This document shows positions 1 to 45,320 of a stretch of DNA of 63,858 nucleotides, in pieces. Below the pieces are notes generated by a model. The model was given only the letters and a program-made list of their open reading frames with translations, was not told where the DNA came from and did not search any database. The position numbers and the translations under genes were made by a program. This stretch comes from Paraspadella gotoi (taxonomy: Eukaryota > Animalia > Chaetognatha), in the NCBI GenBank assembly GCA_051294375.1, contig CM119267.1:17464937-17528794 (forward strand), in the 5' to 3' direction. How positions within the stretch are numbered: position 1 is the stretch's first letter; every line of letters starts with the position of its first letter.

Positions 1-331
1 ATAATTTTACTACTTAATACCCAATATTTACGAATCCTTCAACCTTTTTCAGTTTATCCTTTTCTCTTCTTCTCTTCCTACTTTCCTTTTCAGGAATCCT
101 TTTTTTAACCGTTCCCTTTCTTTTCTCCTTTCCCTCTTCCTCCCTCTCTCCTTTTCTGCCTCTCACCTACTCTTTTCTTTTCTTTCTTTTCTCCTTTCCC
201 TCTTCCTCCCTCTCTCCTTTTCTGTCTCTCACCTTCTCTTTTCTTTTTCCTTTTCTGTCGCGTGAATGGATGAGCGAGAAAGACTCTCTCCCTTTTTTTC
301 TTTTCTTTTTTTTTCTTCTCTATTTTACGGA

Positions 332-1252
332 NNNNNNNNNNNNNNNNNNNNNNNNNNNNNNNNNNNNNNNNNNNNNNNNNNNNNNNNNNNNNNNNNNNNN
401 NNNNNNNNNNNNNNNNNNNNNNNNNNNNNNNNNNNNNNNNNNNNNNNNNNNNNNNNNNNNNNNNNNNNNNNNNNNNNNNNNNNNNNNNNNNNNNNNNNNN
501 NNNNNNNNNNNNNNNNNNNNNNNNNNNNNNNNNNNNNNNNNNNNNNNNNNNNNNNNNNNNNNNNNNNNNNNNNNNNNNNNNNNNNNNNNNNNCTTTGATT
601 ATTGCTTTTGTTTTATGTTTCTCATTTCATCTCCATCTCATTTTCATCCCCGCCCGCCGTCGACGCGAGGGGGAGTGGCGNNNNNNNNNNNNNNNNNNNN
701 NNNNNNNNNNNNNNNNNNNNNNNNNNNNNNNNNNNNNNNNNNNNNNNNNNNNNNNNNNNNNNNNNNNNNNNNNNNNNNNNNNNNNNNNNNNNNNNNNNNN
801 NNNNNNNNNNNNNNNNNNNNNNNNNNNNNNNNNNNNNNNNNNNNNNNNNNNNNNNNNNNNNNNNNNNNNNNNNNNNNNNNNNNNNNNNNNNNNNNNNNNN
901 NNNNNNNNNNNNNNNNNNNNNNNNNNNNNNNNNNNNNNNNNNNNNNNNNNNNNNNNNNNNNNNNNATAGAAGAGATGGAATAAATTTGCATTTGATAATA
1001 TCTTTGAAAAAAAAAATGCTTCGGCTGAGGTGTATATTTACATACGGCGAAAGAGCATCTTCTCTTATACTGTACCTATAGGTATTTAACATTTAACATT
1101 TAACAAAGCCACAGTTTTTCATTAAATATAGTAAAGTATCTAATGAACATGAAGAAGACATAAGAAGAAAGAAACTAAAGAGAAGAAAAGTGAAGGAGAA
1201 AAAACTTCACTGATTGCATCTGCAACTGGAATAATCGATACATTTGAAATGT

Positions 1253-1288
<36 letters not shown>

Positions 1289-1457
1289 NNNNNNNNNNNN
1301 NNNNNNNNNNNNNNNNNNNNNNNNNNNNNNNNNNNNNNNNNNNNNNNNNNNNNNNNNNNNNNNNNNNNNNNNNNNNNNNNNNNNNNNNNNNNNNNNNNNN
1401 NNNNNNNNNNNNNNNNNNNNNNNNNNNNNNNNNNNNNNNNNNNNNNNNNNNNNNNNN
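332..1457. other. Assembly gaps (N runs 332-592, 681-965, 1289-1457; others at 36883-36901, 57531-57555, 61371-61380)
   Basis: N characters. The gap at 61371 has duplicated flanks typical of an unmerged overlap. Confidence 0.99.
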
Positions 1458-2505
1458 AAAAAAAAGTGAGGGATTTTGCATTTCATGAATCTGATTGATT
1501 CCACGAGAGTGAATTTGACTAAACGATGAGGACGAAGGAGAGAGGGAAGAGGAGAGGGAGGAGGAAGGAGGAAGAATAAGGAGGAGGAAGAATAAAAGAA
1601 AAGAAGAAAGAAAATGGAGGATGATCAAAAAGAAGAAACAAAAAAAAAGAGGAAGGAGGAAGAAAAAGTTGGAGAGAAATGAAGAAGGAAAAGAAGGAGG
1701 AATAGAAGATAGAACAATATTGAGGAAAAAAATAGTTTAATAAAATAATTATATAATTGAATAAATAAATAAATAAATAAATGAATGAATGAATGAAAAA
1801 AGTGAGGAAGTTGAAAGAAGAGAAGAAAGGAGGAAAAGGGAGAGACAGGCAATAAAAAGTTAAAGAATGAGAGAAGAAAAAGGAGGAAGCAAAAGGAAGA
1901 AGAAAAAAAAACAAGGAGACGAGAACAACGACCGACGACGACGACGGACGACGACGACGCACGACCTCTTAGAAGTAATCGAGTGGCGACTTAACTTTTT
2001 CTTCTTCGTTTCCTCGGATTTTTTTTTTTTGTTTCGTCCTTTTGCAAAACTTTTACAGAATGCATAAATGCCATTGAGAATAACACTAGAGGATTGGAGA
2101 CAGATTTCTCATTGTTTAAATTTTGCCTATTGAAAAGATGGCGGTCCTTTCTTCAGCAGCTATTTTCTTGTTTGACGAGGTCTTTAAACATGGATCATAT
2201 TAAAAGTCATGGTGACTGGGTGACCTGCGGTGACCTGCGTGACCTGGGTTACACCTGGGATATCAGCTGTGTGAAAACTAGAAAAACAGTCACGGTGAAG
2301 TTTTCGCGGAAGAGGGCAAACGAAGCATTCGTTACCCATGACATCAAATCATTCAGTTATCCAGCACCGCCCTCTTGTGAAGCGTCTCTTAGGCAGGAAA
2401 CTGGCATCAAGGCGCGACCTGTAAGGAGTACGCACGCAAAATGCACGCGCATATTGCGTGTTTCGATCGTCGCGAGCGCACGTAAAAAGCGAAAGAGAAA
2501 TGAAG

Positions 2506-2561
<56 letters not shown>

Positions 2562-2581
2562 GAGAGAGAGAGAGAGAGGAG

Positions 2582-2612
<31 letters not shown>

Positions 2613-3798
2613 TTCCGAAGTCAACTCAAGCAGAAGTTCAGCGTCTTGCCTCATTTCAATATTAAACGATTCACTTATTCATTTTAAAATCAATTTATTG
2701 CATAAATTGGATTTTATGCAGCTGACTGTTTTGCAGCGGAGAGAGTGGCGGAAGCAGTATTGCGGAGAAGAGCCGACGAGCGCAGAGAGAGATGAGACGA
2801 GAGACAGAGAGGAGACGAGGAGAGAGAGAGGAGAGGGAAAGAATATGAAATAAGGAGACACGGGAGAAAGAGGAGGTGAAACTTTTTTCAATTTTTTATA
2901 AATCATTCACAATAAGCTAGAAAGTATTCTTCTCAAATATATAAATTTAATTAATTATTATTTTAAATACAACATTCATCAACATAAAAGTTAGCCTACA
3001 GATAGTAATTTTTATTAGTGTCTGACACTGATCTCTTTGCAACTTCATCGTTCCGATCTCTTTAGTGAATTTCTAAAATTCAGGAAAATGAGAAAAAAAA
3101 AGAGCAACCCTTTCGTCGCCGCCGCTGTCATCGCCGCGGTTGCCGCCGCCGCAGCCAGTCTCGGCGAAGCAGCGGCCGAAGATCTCGATATCTATTTATG
3201 AATCAGTGGAAAACTACTCTAATGCATACTGATACACCTTAAACCGGCGTTCGAGGCTTCTCGCCAGCTTATCCCTCTCCCGGGATATTTACAATCTTTT
3301 TTTTTCATATTTTTTTAAAAAAAGTTTATTTTTATCCATTTCATCATAACTTAAATTTTATTTCGTGGAATTTATTATACGAAAAGGTGTCAAGTAATTT
3401 AAAATAAAACAGGATTTTGGAATAATAGCATAACTGTCAGTGCTTGTTCGAATTTTTCAACGTATTTCAAATTTGTTGTATAAATAATTTTTAGGCCGTT
3501 AGAGGTTATCCTTTTTTTCAATCGTGTAGTAAATCAAAATAAATAGAGCGTCTTGCATTGAAAATAAGGGAAAACATTGGGGTTTTGCAGTGAAAGATGC
3601 AAAAAGAATAAAAGAAAAAGGAAAATGCGTTGCATCGAGGAAGAGAAGCGACAAGAGGGCGAACTAGTAAAAGGTAGGAGGGTGGAGTCGGGAAAGATCT
3701 AATTAATTTTCAACCTCGCTTTTGTCATGTTAATTCGGGCGGGAATGACGTCTCATTTGCATACGAGGGGACGGACGGAGCGGGATACGAGGAGACGG

Positions 3799-4144
<346 letters not shown>

Positions 4145-4717
4145 CCGGATTTCAGTTTAGTTTTCTTCAATATGATAATTACATGGAAAGGGCATTCGAC
4201 GATCGACGACGACGACCGATTGAAACGGCGACCATCGTCGTGTCGTCGTCGTCGTCGTCGTCGTGTCCGTCGTCGTCGTCGTCGTCGTCGTCGTTTGCGG
4301 CTGCAGAAGAATAATCAACAAATTCATCTCGTTTTCAAGTCCGTGAATTGATTAGATTATTGATTAAGAACATTTCCAGTCTTGCATTTCAAAGTAAGAC
4401 GGTGGAAAGACGGTTTGGGGGGGGGGATGTTTGAGAAGGGGGGGGAAATGATAAGAAGCGGGTGGAGGAAAGAGTGGGAAGATAAAGCGACGTTCAGTGT
4501 TGGGGGGGGAGGGCGAGTGGATGTGGGGGTCATTGAAACGGTGAGAAAATGACTCGAGGAGTGAAAAAAAGAAGATTTCACTCGTGACTCCATCGTCGCG
4601 GGAAGTGAATCTTAGTGAATCGTGACTCGGAGGCGAACGTGAGTCAAATGCGAAGAGAAATATCTCCTTCACAATGAGTCTGAGTTTTTTTTTTATTTCG
4701 CGTTGGAATGATGAGGT

Positions 4718-4797
4718 AGATAGGATAGGATAGATGGATAAGGATAGGATAGGATAGGATAAGTAGGATAGGATAGATAAGGATAGGAAAGGATAGG
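4718..4797 (+). repeat. (GATAG)n pentanucleotide microsatellite
   Basis: Direct reading. Confidence 0.9.
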
Positions 4798-5238
4798 TTT
4801 GTGAAAAATACTTTTCGAGTGTAATAACGTCATATATAACGACAGTCAATCGCGGGCCTACCTGTGAATTTTATATTGTATTTTCACAAAAAAAATTCGA
4901 TGAGAGACGATCGATCGTTTTTCGGTGCCGACAGATGGCGAGAGAATACATCGATCAATTTCCGATGTTTACAAACTCATCCTTTTCACGTTTACATAAT
5001 CGGGTTTTCTTTAAACTTTTTTTTTTCAGTTCACAATCACAAAAATTTTAAAACGAACTTTCGCTTCGACGGAGGCGATCGAGATTCAACTACACTAAAA
5101 GTACGAAGACCGAAAAGTCTCCATATGACGACGACGTCTCTTTGAGTGTCAGTCCGTTGGTCCTCATATTGAAGAACCAATCCGTATCGATCGTTCGTTA
5201 TTCGTCCAAGAACAATACAACTCCGTTTTTTTAAAAAA

Positions 5239-27751
<22,513 letters not shown>

Positions 27752-28656
27752 GGAGGAGAAGGGAGGGAGAGAGTTGGATGGGATGAGATTGGAGATAAAG
27801 AAGGCAAAACTATATAGTGTTTATTGCTTTATTGCTTTAAATAATCGCTGGATTGATTGTTTCGAAAAAATAAAAACAAAAACAAAATGCTTTTGCCGAA
27901 GAAAATTGTTTATATTGTACCCCGCTTTGTTGAAAACATTTAGATGTCAATATATGTTTTTTTTAAATTTTACGATGTCTTTTGTTTTTCATGCTTCGTC
28001 ACACAGAGTCATCACTCGCTGTTCTCAGTCAAAAACAAAAGATAATTGTAACAATAAGAAAAATAATACGTAAAAACGAGTGTGTAAAAAATAGTTACGA
28101 CTTGGGTCTAACTTAAAAAAAAAACAAACTATTTAGGCCTAAAGGGTCATTTTTAATTACATATTGGAACTTTAATACTTTAAGTGGCTTCGTTCATTAT
28201 TTACTGATCGGGAAAAATTCTTGATCGGGAAAGATTTCTTGAGTCATCGATTTCAAAATGATTGCCACCGACGACGACGACGACGACGACGAAGTCGACG
28301 ACGACGACGGCTGCATTATTGAATCGCAGTGCTTCAAATTAGAATTGCTGATTTTCTTTTTCCTCAAGAAGATTGGAATATCGTTTGAGTTTCGATTTTT
28401 CAGGCCCGACCTTCGTTCGACCCTCTTATCCGCTTTTCCTCTTATCTCGTATTAATTCCCGCTTTTCTGTTTAAATTTCACTGTTTTATTTTATTTTTTT
28501 CCGCAGTGGGTTTACAAGCACTTTTTTTGGGGTTAAAGTTGTTTTTGGTTTACGATCTCTTTCCTCTTTTTTCCTCTCGCTCTCTATTTGTTTCTCTTTC
28601 CACTATCTGCGAGACAGTGTAGGAGGAAGCAGCCTGTAAAATGATTATGCTGGCAG

Positions 28657-28722
<66 letters not shown>

Positions 28723-28931
28723 AAACAGAAAGCTTGAAGAAATCGATCTAAAAAAAAAAAAAGCTCTCGCTCTCTCGCGTACTCCCTCAGTGTCAAATCC
28801 GACCATTAAACAAAAATGCTGTGGATTTCCGGAAACGCCGGCATAACTGTGCTGAACAACTTGAAACTTTGTCGAGTTTCGTTTTGATTTTAAGACAAAA
28901 AACTGAAACGAAAGCCTATACGAAAAAAAAA

Positions 28932-29898
28932 ATGGTGGATACGAAATTCGCCAAATCGGCGAATGGAATTCTCATGCTCTTCACGATTGTGAGTAGATTG
29001 TTCAATGTTCATTAACATGTCAATTAAGTATGGAAAGAATAGAGTCAACTTTTTTGCTAAATAGTGATTTCACAGTAATATTTAATAGTAACAACCGATT
29101 CCGAGCTCTGGTAGCACAGGCCATTTCCCTAAAAATATTTTTCCTCACTTTTTTCGACCCACGTCACGGTGAAGTGGTGAATTCGTAATTGACACAGTTT
29201 CGATTGTCGTTGTTGTCCTTTCATCAGATGAGCTTCCGCACGTCAGTCTTGTACGAACACTTGCCGTGTGCTCGTGTAGCCGCATATCTCTACAAGTCTT
29301 CCTGTTCAGGTGGCGTCCGCTCTCATCATCGGTCTCCTTGGCGACGGCCAAGCGGTCGACATCCGCAAAGGATTCGGCGCCTTCTTGCTCGCCGCCTGTT
29401 GCATCGTGCTCATCCTTATCTGCATCTACTACGCTGCGCTTTTGTTTAAAAAGATAACCGACTTTCGACTGGTGAGAGTTTGGGTTGGGAGAGCGAAGGA
29501 GAAAAACAAAATAACACTTATTTTCGAAGGAAATAAATTTTTAATTTCTACGCCTTTGCACGAATTTGTTCGCAAGCGTAATTTATGAGTTATTCATTAT
29601 TGTATCGTTTCCTTTCTTTTTCGTTGTTACAGAGATTAGAATTACAAAGTTTTAGAGTTTTTATATTGAATATATATATATATAAACTCTAAAACTTTGT
29701 AATTCTAATCTCTCTAGAGAGAGAGAGAGAGAGTTATATATATATATATATATAGAGAGAGAGTTATTCATTTAAGCCGATTTATAATTAATTTAACCTT
29801 TTCATTACCAATTACGTGCTCATTATCAATATTTTTATTTATTTATTTATTATTTATATATTATTTATTTATTTATTTATTTAATTATTTAATTATTT

Positions 29899-29931
<33 letters not shown>

Positions 29932-29942
29932 TATTTCTTTTT

Positions 29943-29981
<39 letters not shown>

Positions 29982-30483
29982 TATTTCTTTTTTTTATTTA
30001 TTTATTTATTTATTTATTTATATTTCTTTTTTATTTTTTTTATTTATTTATTTTTTATTTCTTTTTTTTATTTATTTATTTATTTATTTTTTTATTTATT
30101 TATTTATTTTTTTATTTATTTATTTTTTTAATTTATTTATTTATTTTTTATTTATTTATTTATTTTTTATTTATTTATTTTTTATTTATTTATTTTTTTA
30201 TTTATTTATTTTTTATTTATTTATTTCATAAAAAAGGAATTGATTCTCCTCTTTGTCTGCGCACTCCTCAACATCGTGGCTTTGGTCGTTTGCGGAATCT
30301 ACACCGGCAGATGGACGAAGATCCAAGTCGTTCTGGTAAAGTCTGCAATGGCAATGGTTCAGTATCGACCACACTTGGATAGAATTTTAAAAAAAGTTTT
30401 CTCTTGTTCAGACTCTGCAGGAGCTGACGTCAGCGGCGCTGGTCGTTCTCATTCTCTTACGACTCGGATTTATTCACAATTGA
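28932..30483 (+). CDS. Small four-transmembrane MARVEL-domain-like protein (CMTM/MAL/plasmolipin-like), 129 aa
   Basis: Four phase-0 exons 28932-28988, 29310-29471, 30237-30335, 30412-30483 with GT-AG introns, one hydrophobic helix per segment: MVDTKFAKSANGILMLFTIVASALIIGLL...GFGAFLLAACCIVLILICIYYAALLF...ELILLFVCALLNIVALVVCGIY...ELTSAALVVLILLRLGFIHN*. The N-terminal F-x-[KR]-S-x-x-G-I-L pattern resembles the MARVEL start. Family call is by eye only. Confidence 0.72.
29631..29713. repeat. Inverted repeat with perfect 30-bp arms around a TA-rich spacer
   Basis: AGAGATTAGAATTACAAAGTTTTAGAGTTT / AAACTCTAAAACTTTGTAATTCTAATCTCT. Confidence 0.85.
29830..30226 (+). repeat. (TTTA)n degenerate microsatellite, ~400 bp
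   Basis: Direct reading; it fills the 3' half of MARVEL intron 2. Confidence 0.95.
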
Positions 30484-31172
30484 CTCTTGTTGAATTTCAC
30501 TCTCCAATCACTCATCATTTCCGACTTTTGAAATTTACATAAAATTTGGTGTAACATCGTTTGTTGTTTCTCTAGTGTTGAAAATGTGGCCGAGATTTTT
30601 CAGTCAAATTATTTCTAAAAAACTAAAATACTCTGTTCTCATAATATCGTCCGGTTTTACGGACGTCCAGTCCTTCACTCATTGCGTTTATCGTAAATAA
30701 ACAATTATTTATATTTGTCAACCGAATACGTATAAAACATAACATACGTGGCATTGGCATAAATAAGCAGCCTCATAGTCTCGTTTTTTTTTATCTGTAT
30801 GCAATATTAATGAATCAGATTTAAATATTAGATAATTAACCGAAGGCAAATGTTTTTTGATGCGAAGAAAGTTTTGGAAACGGAACTGAAAAATATAATA
30901 ACAGATATTATTGTTCAGAAATATTACATTCAGATGCGCTATAAAATTCAGCGTTAATCAAAAGATTATAATTAAAATAATTTATAAAATGACCTTCGTC
31001 ATCTTTCGGAATAATCCGAGTTCTCTGTACAAGGTTTGGGCGGGTGGAGAGTAACAATCAAAATGAAATACATTTACAGGGTTTATCTTACAACTTTATA
31101 ATATTTTAACAACAAATAAACTCATAGAATGGTAAATCGAACAGGAAGGAAAAAGTTGCTTCGATTTAGCTG

Positions 31173-41506
<10,334 letters not shown>

Positions 41507-42301
41507 CTATTTGCATGAGGAAAGAATCCACAGTCATTTTTTCGATTTTTTTTTTTAAACAGTCTCTGGATGTTATTTTTTGTTGCGATGGGCAACCAAC
41601 GCTTCTTGGGTTCAGATAAAGTTTCTTTTTCGAAACCGTGTGGAACGGGAATCGAGCGAAGTTATTGAAAATTTCTCACGTCTTAATTTTTTCTTTTATG
41701 TTTACCTTTTATCTAGTAAACAAACAAACAAAATATTTACTTTACATTACATGAGTCGAATTTTTGTCAGTTTAGATCTTTTTATTGGGTAAAATAATTC
41801 AAAATCGCCCCCCCCCAAAAAAAAAAAATAGGTAGAAAATTTTAGTTTTAGATGAATAAAAATAGAATATAAATATGGAAGAAAAAAATACAAAAGAATA
41901 GATTATTAAAAGTCAATATTAATTACTGAAATATAAAAATGTAAATGAAAATAAAATAAACAATCGCAATTTTTCAAGCCCTTCAATAAATATTTTGAAT
42001 GCCGTTTACTCCCTCGCTTTATTTTGATTTGTTAAGTTTACGTTTAAAAACTTTATATCTCATTTACTTTACTTAAATAAATTAGTATTCTTGAGTCGTT
42101 GGATATCGCGAATGCCATTCCCAAAAAAAGGACTCATTATTTCGGGTCGTCGATCCCGCCGAGTTAAAGAAACCGCGAGGGACGAGAAAGATATTTAATT
42201 ATCTCCGGAAATTTAATAATTACAGATTGAGTTCTTGGTCACCGAGTCGACTGTCCTTCGTTCCGTCCTTGACTCTCTCTCTCTTCTCTCTCTCTCTCTT
42301 C

Positions 42302-42344
<43 letters not shown>

Positions 42345-42361
42345 CTTTCTTTCTTTCTTTC

Positions 42362-42420
<59 letters not shown>

Positions 42421-44586
42421 CTTTTGCTCTCTCCCCTTTACATGGGTACCGACCTCCGGAAGTTATAATATTCTATAACATAAAATATATATAATGTATT
42501 ATACGTAATATATAATTCAATATTCAAGATTGTAAAATCAATGGCATTATCCTTTATTATCCATTATCTTTCTGTTTTTATTTTTTTAGTAAAATCCATT
42601 GCATTAAAAATATTTGTCGCTGCCAAAGCTTTCAATAGGTTTTGATTTTACTACGTAGCAACGGAGAAAAAGCGATAAACAATATCATATTTTTTTTAAA
42701 ATCGGGTTTTATTTCAATGACAGATTGTTTAAATGAAAAGAAAAAAAATATCGTCAATATTATTTTTTCTTAAAAATCTTCGAAAATATTATTAAATTTT
42801 TTTCATTTGTAAAATCTTTTGCGCCTTAGGGTTAATTTTTTTTTTTCAGAGGTTTGAAGGATGAAAAGTTGAGATTTCCCGACGCATCGATGATGTGAAC
42901 TTTTCGACATAATTTTTCGCCGCTGTCGCCGCCACCGCCTCCGCAGGGAGCGCAGCCTCCTCCGCCGCCGCCTCCTCCGCCGCCACCATCTTCCAACGAG
43001 GTCACCGTTATATGCTGCTTCGTTACCGTCGATCTATCGATCTCAGTTATTTTATTGTTTTGTCATTCTACGCGCGGAATTGACAATTCTGCGTCACAAA
43101 GAAAATTTAAGGCGACGAAGGGGATGACCACGATGAAGAAGACGATGATGACGACGCTTCTGCGGAGATGACGACTACTGCGGTGGCGCTATTTAAAATT
43201 ATTAAGATGTTCTGACGTAATGACTTGGCTTGATTTAAATTTATTGACGAAAGAAATTTTCGATGACGATGACGAAAACAGGAATGCATCAAGGTCGAGA
43301 CCGGGTTGAAGCGGAACGAGTTTTGCTTTTCCATTACGCGAAACTATTGTCATGTAATTATTTTGTTAAATAATTCGCAGCAATTCCTTTTAGCTTACAG
43401 CATGTATCATATAGCCTTCAAATACCGGCGCGAGAATACAATTAGCTATAAGCGGGCGACTTTGATTAAATACCCGAAAATTATGGCAGTTTCTGGAAAT
43501 TGGCAAAGGTCAATCCCAAAAATTGACGAGGAAAAAAAATGTCAAGAAAGATTCTTTTTTCATTGAAGGGTAATGGTCTAATCTAATCAGTGAATCTTCA
43601 TTCCTCTTCTTGAAAAAATATTTTAAATCCAATTGTTCTTAATTGGTCTTCACTTTTTCCTCCTCTACCCCCCTCCCACAGACGCAAATCAAGTTTCAGC
43701 ATTCCGACCGCGAAAAAAATTCCTACATCTCCGTTACCCTTGCCTACCGAGTACACAGACCATAGTTTCACATCCGACCACGGAAAAAATTCCTACCATC
43801 TCCGTTACCTTCTACCTAATTGCTCTTGGATCTAGCGCATCCACCACCAACTCTGTTTCATTACTTTGATTAAATAAAAATTATTTGTAACAGCCGCAGA
43901 GTTAATTCTTATTTGAGTCTTTGACTTTTAATTCTTTATTTTAAAGAAAAAATGTCAAATATTTTTTTTCTTAATCACCAATCCTCATTCATCGTGTAAC
44001 TATTTTAGCCAATAAAAAAAAGGTTTTATGTGGAAAATATTTGTATGTTAAAAAAGATTTCAGTTTATTATCTATTACTACATATGTAAATAGAATTAAT
44101 ATTAGTTTTGAGATGCTTCGTTTTTCATTTCAAAATGGCTTATTCTGACTTTTTTGAAGCGACGACCGGAATCTTAACGCATTTTTAAATGTTTATTTAT
44201 ATTGAATTGTTGAAAAACAAACACGCACAAGACAAAACAATTCTAACAAGAACGGGTTATTCAAATGATTCCGTTGCAGTGACTGCCTTATGCACGTATT
44301 TATCATAAGATGGACAAGACATTGACGTGACATGACATGATTGACTGAATGAGCGTCAAACGATTTGATGCGAATTACGACAAAAAAGTAAGATAATAAT
44401 AATTAAATAAATAATAAATAAATAAATAATAATAATTTATTATACAACATCGATTACATTAAAGATCTCTCTCTCTGCTTACATCAATTTCTTTTCCCTC
44501 TACCTTCCTCTCTCTCTCTGCCCAACTTTAACTTTTCCTCACATACTGACCACTATCCTATTCATTCCTTTGTTGGAAAACTTTTA

Positions 44587-44643
<57 letters not shown>

Positions 44644-44899
44644 TCTCTCTCTCTCCGTCTCTTTCCGTCTACTTTCCGTCTCTTTCCGGTCTCCTCGCGT
44701 CTCTTTTGTTGTTGTCTGTCTCTCTCTGTGTGGGTCTGTCTCTCTCTGTACGATCTCTTGCTGTGATTCGTTCGTTTTTTGAAAAATTATTGATCTTATT
44801 TTTAGTCGGATCTTGCTTTCACCAGATCCCGACTCTATAATTAATAATATAGTAATAATTATATTACATATTATATATATAATAATATATAATAATAGT

Positions 44900-45320
44900 A
44901 ATTCACTTTGTCGGTCCGTCTGTCCGCCCCGTCAATGATTGTCGGGCACTCCACTTATATTCAGTGTCAGAACATCGAATATGCATAATTATTGCAAAAA
45001 AAAGATGTCCGTCCGTCCGTCGCCACCTTAGCAAAAACACCCAATAGGCGTGATTGGATGCATGGATTTTTGATATGAAAATTTTGTTGTGCTGGGTCGG
45101 GAAGGTGTGTGATTGAGCTGTATATTGAAGTTTTGATGAATCGTGCGAGTGGATAATGAGTTTAAATGGAAAAAAACAAAAAAATATATTTCACTATTTG
45201 AACACAAATTATTCAATCGAGTGGATGGGCGATTGCTTGAAATTTTGTATTTGGGTAGAAAAGGACTGTTGTGATTAAACTGGAATCAAGTTTCGCTCGG
45301 AATCTTTTGAGTTGGAAATG
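44900..45320. mobile_element. Diverged DINE/Helentron-like fragments
   Basis: 44901-44997 resembles the reverse complement of the family's 3' region (CACTTT-GTCGGTCCGTCTGTC...CCACTTAT...CATAATT). It is followed by (GTCC)n and two related GATTG...TGAAATTTTG blocks. Confidence 0.4.

Noticed and set aside
266-1628. ORFs containing long X runs
   Set aside because: They are open only because of N-gaps.
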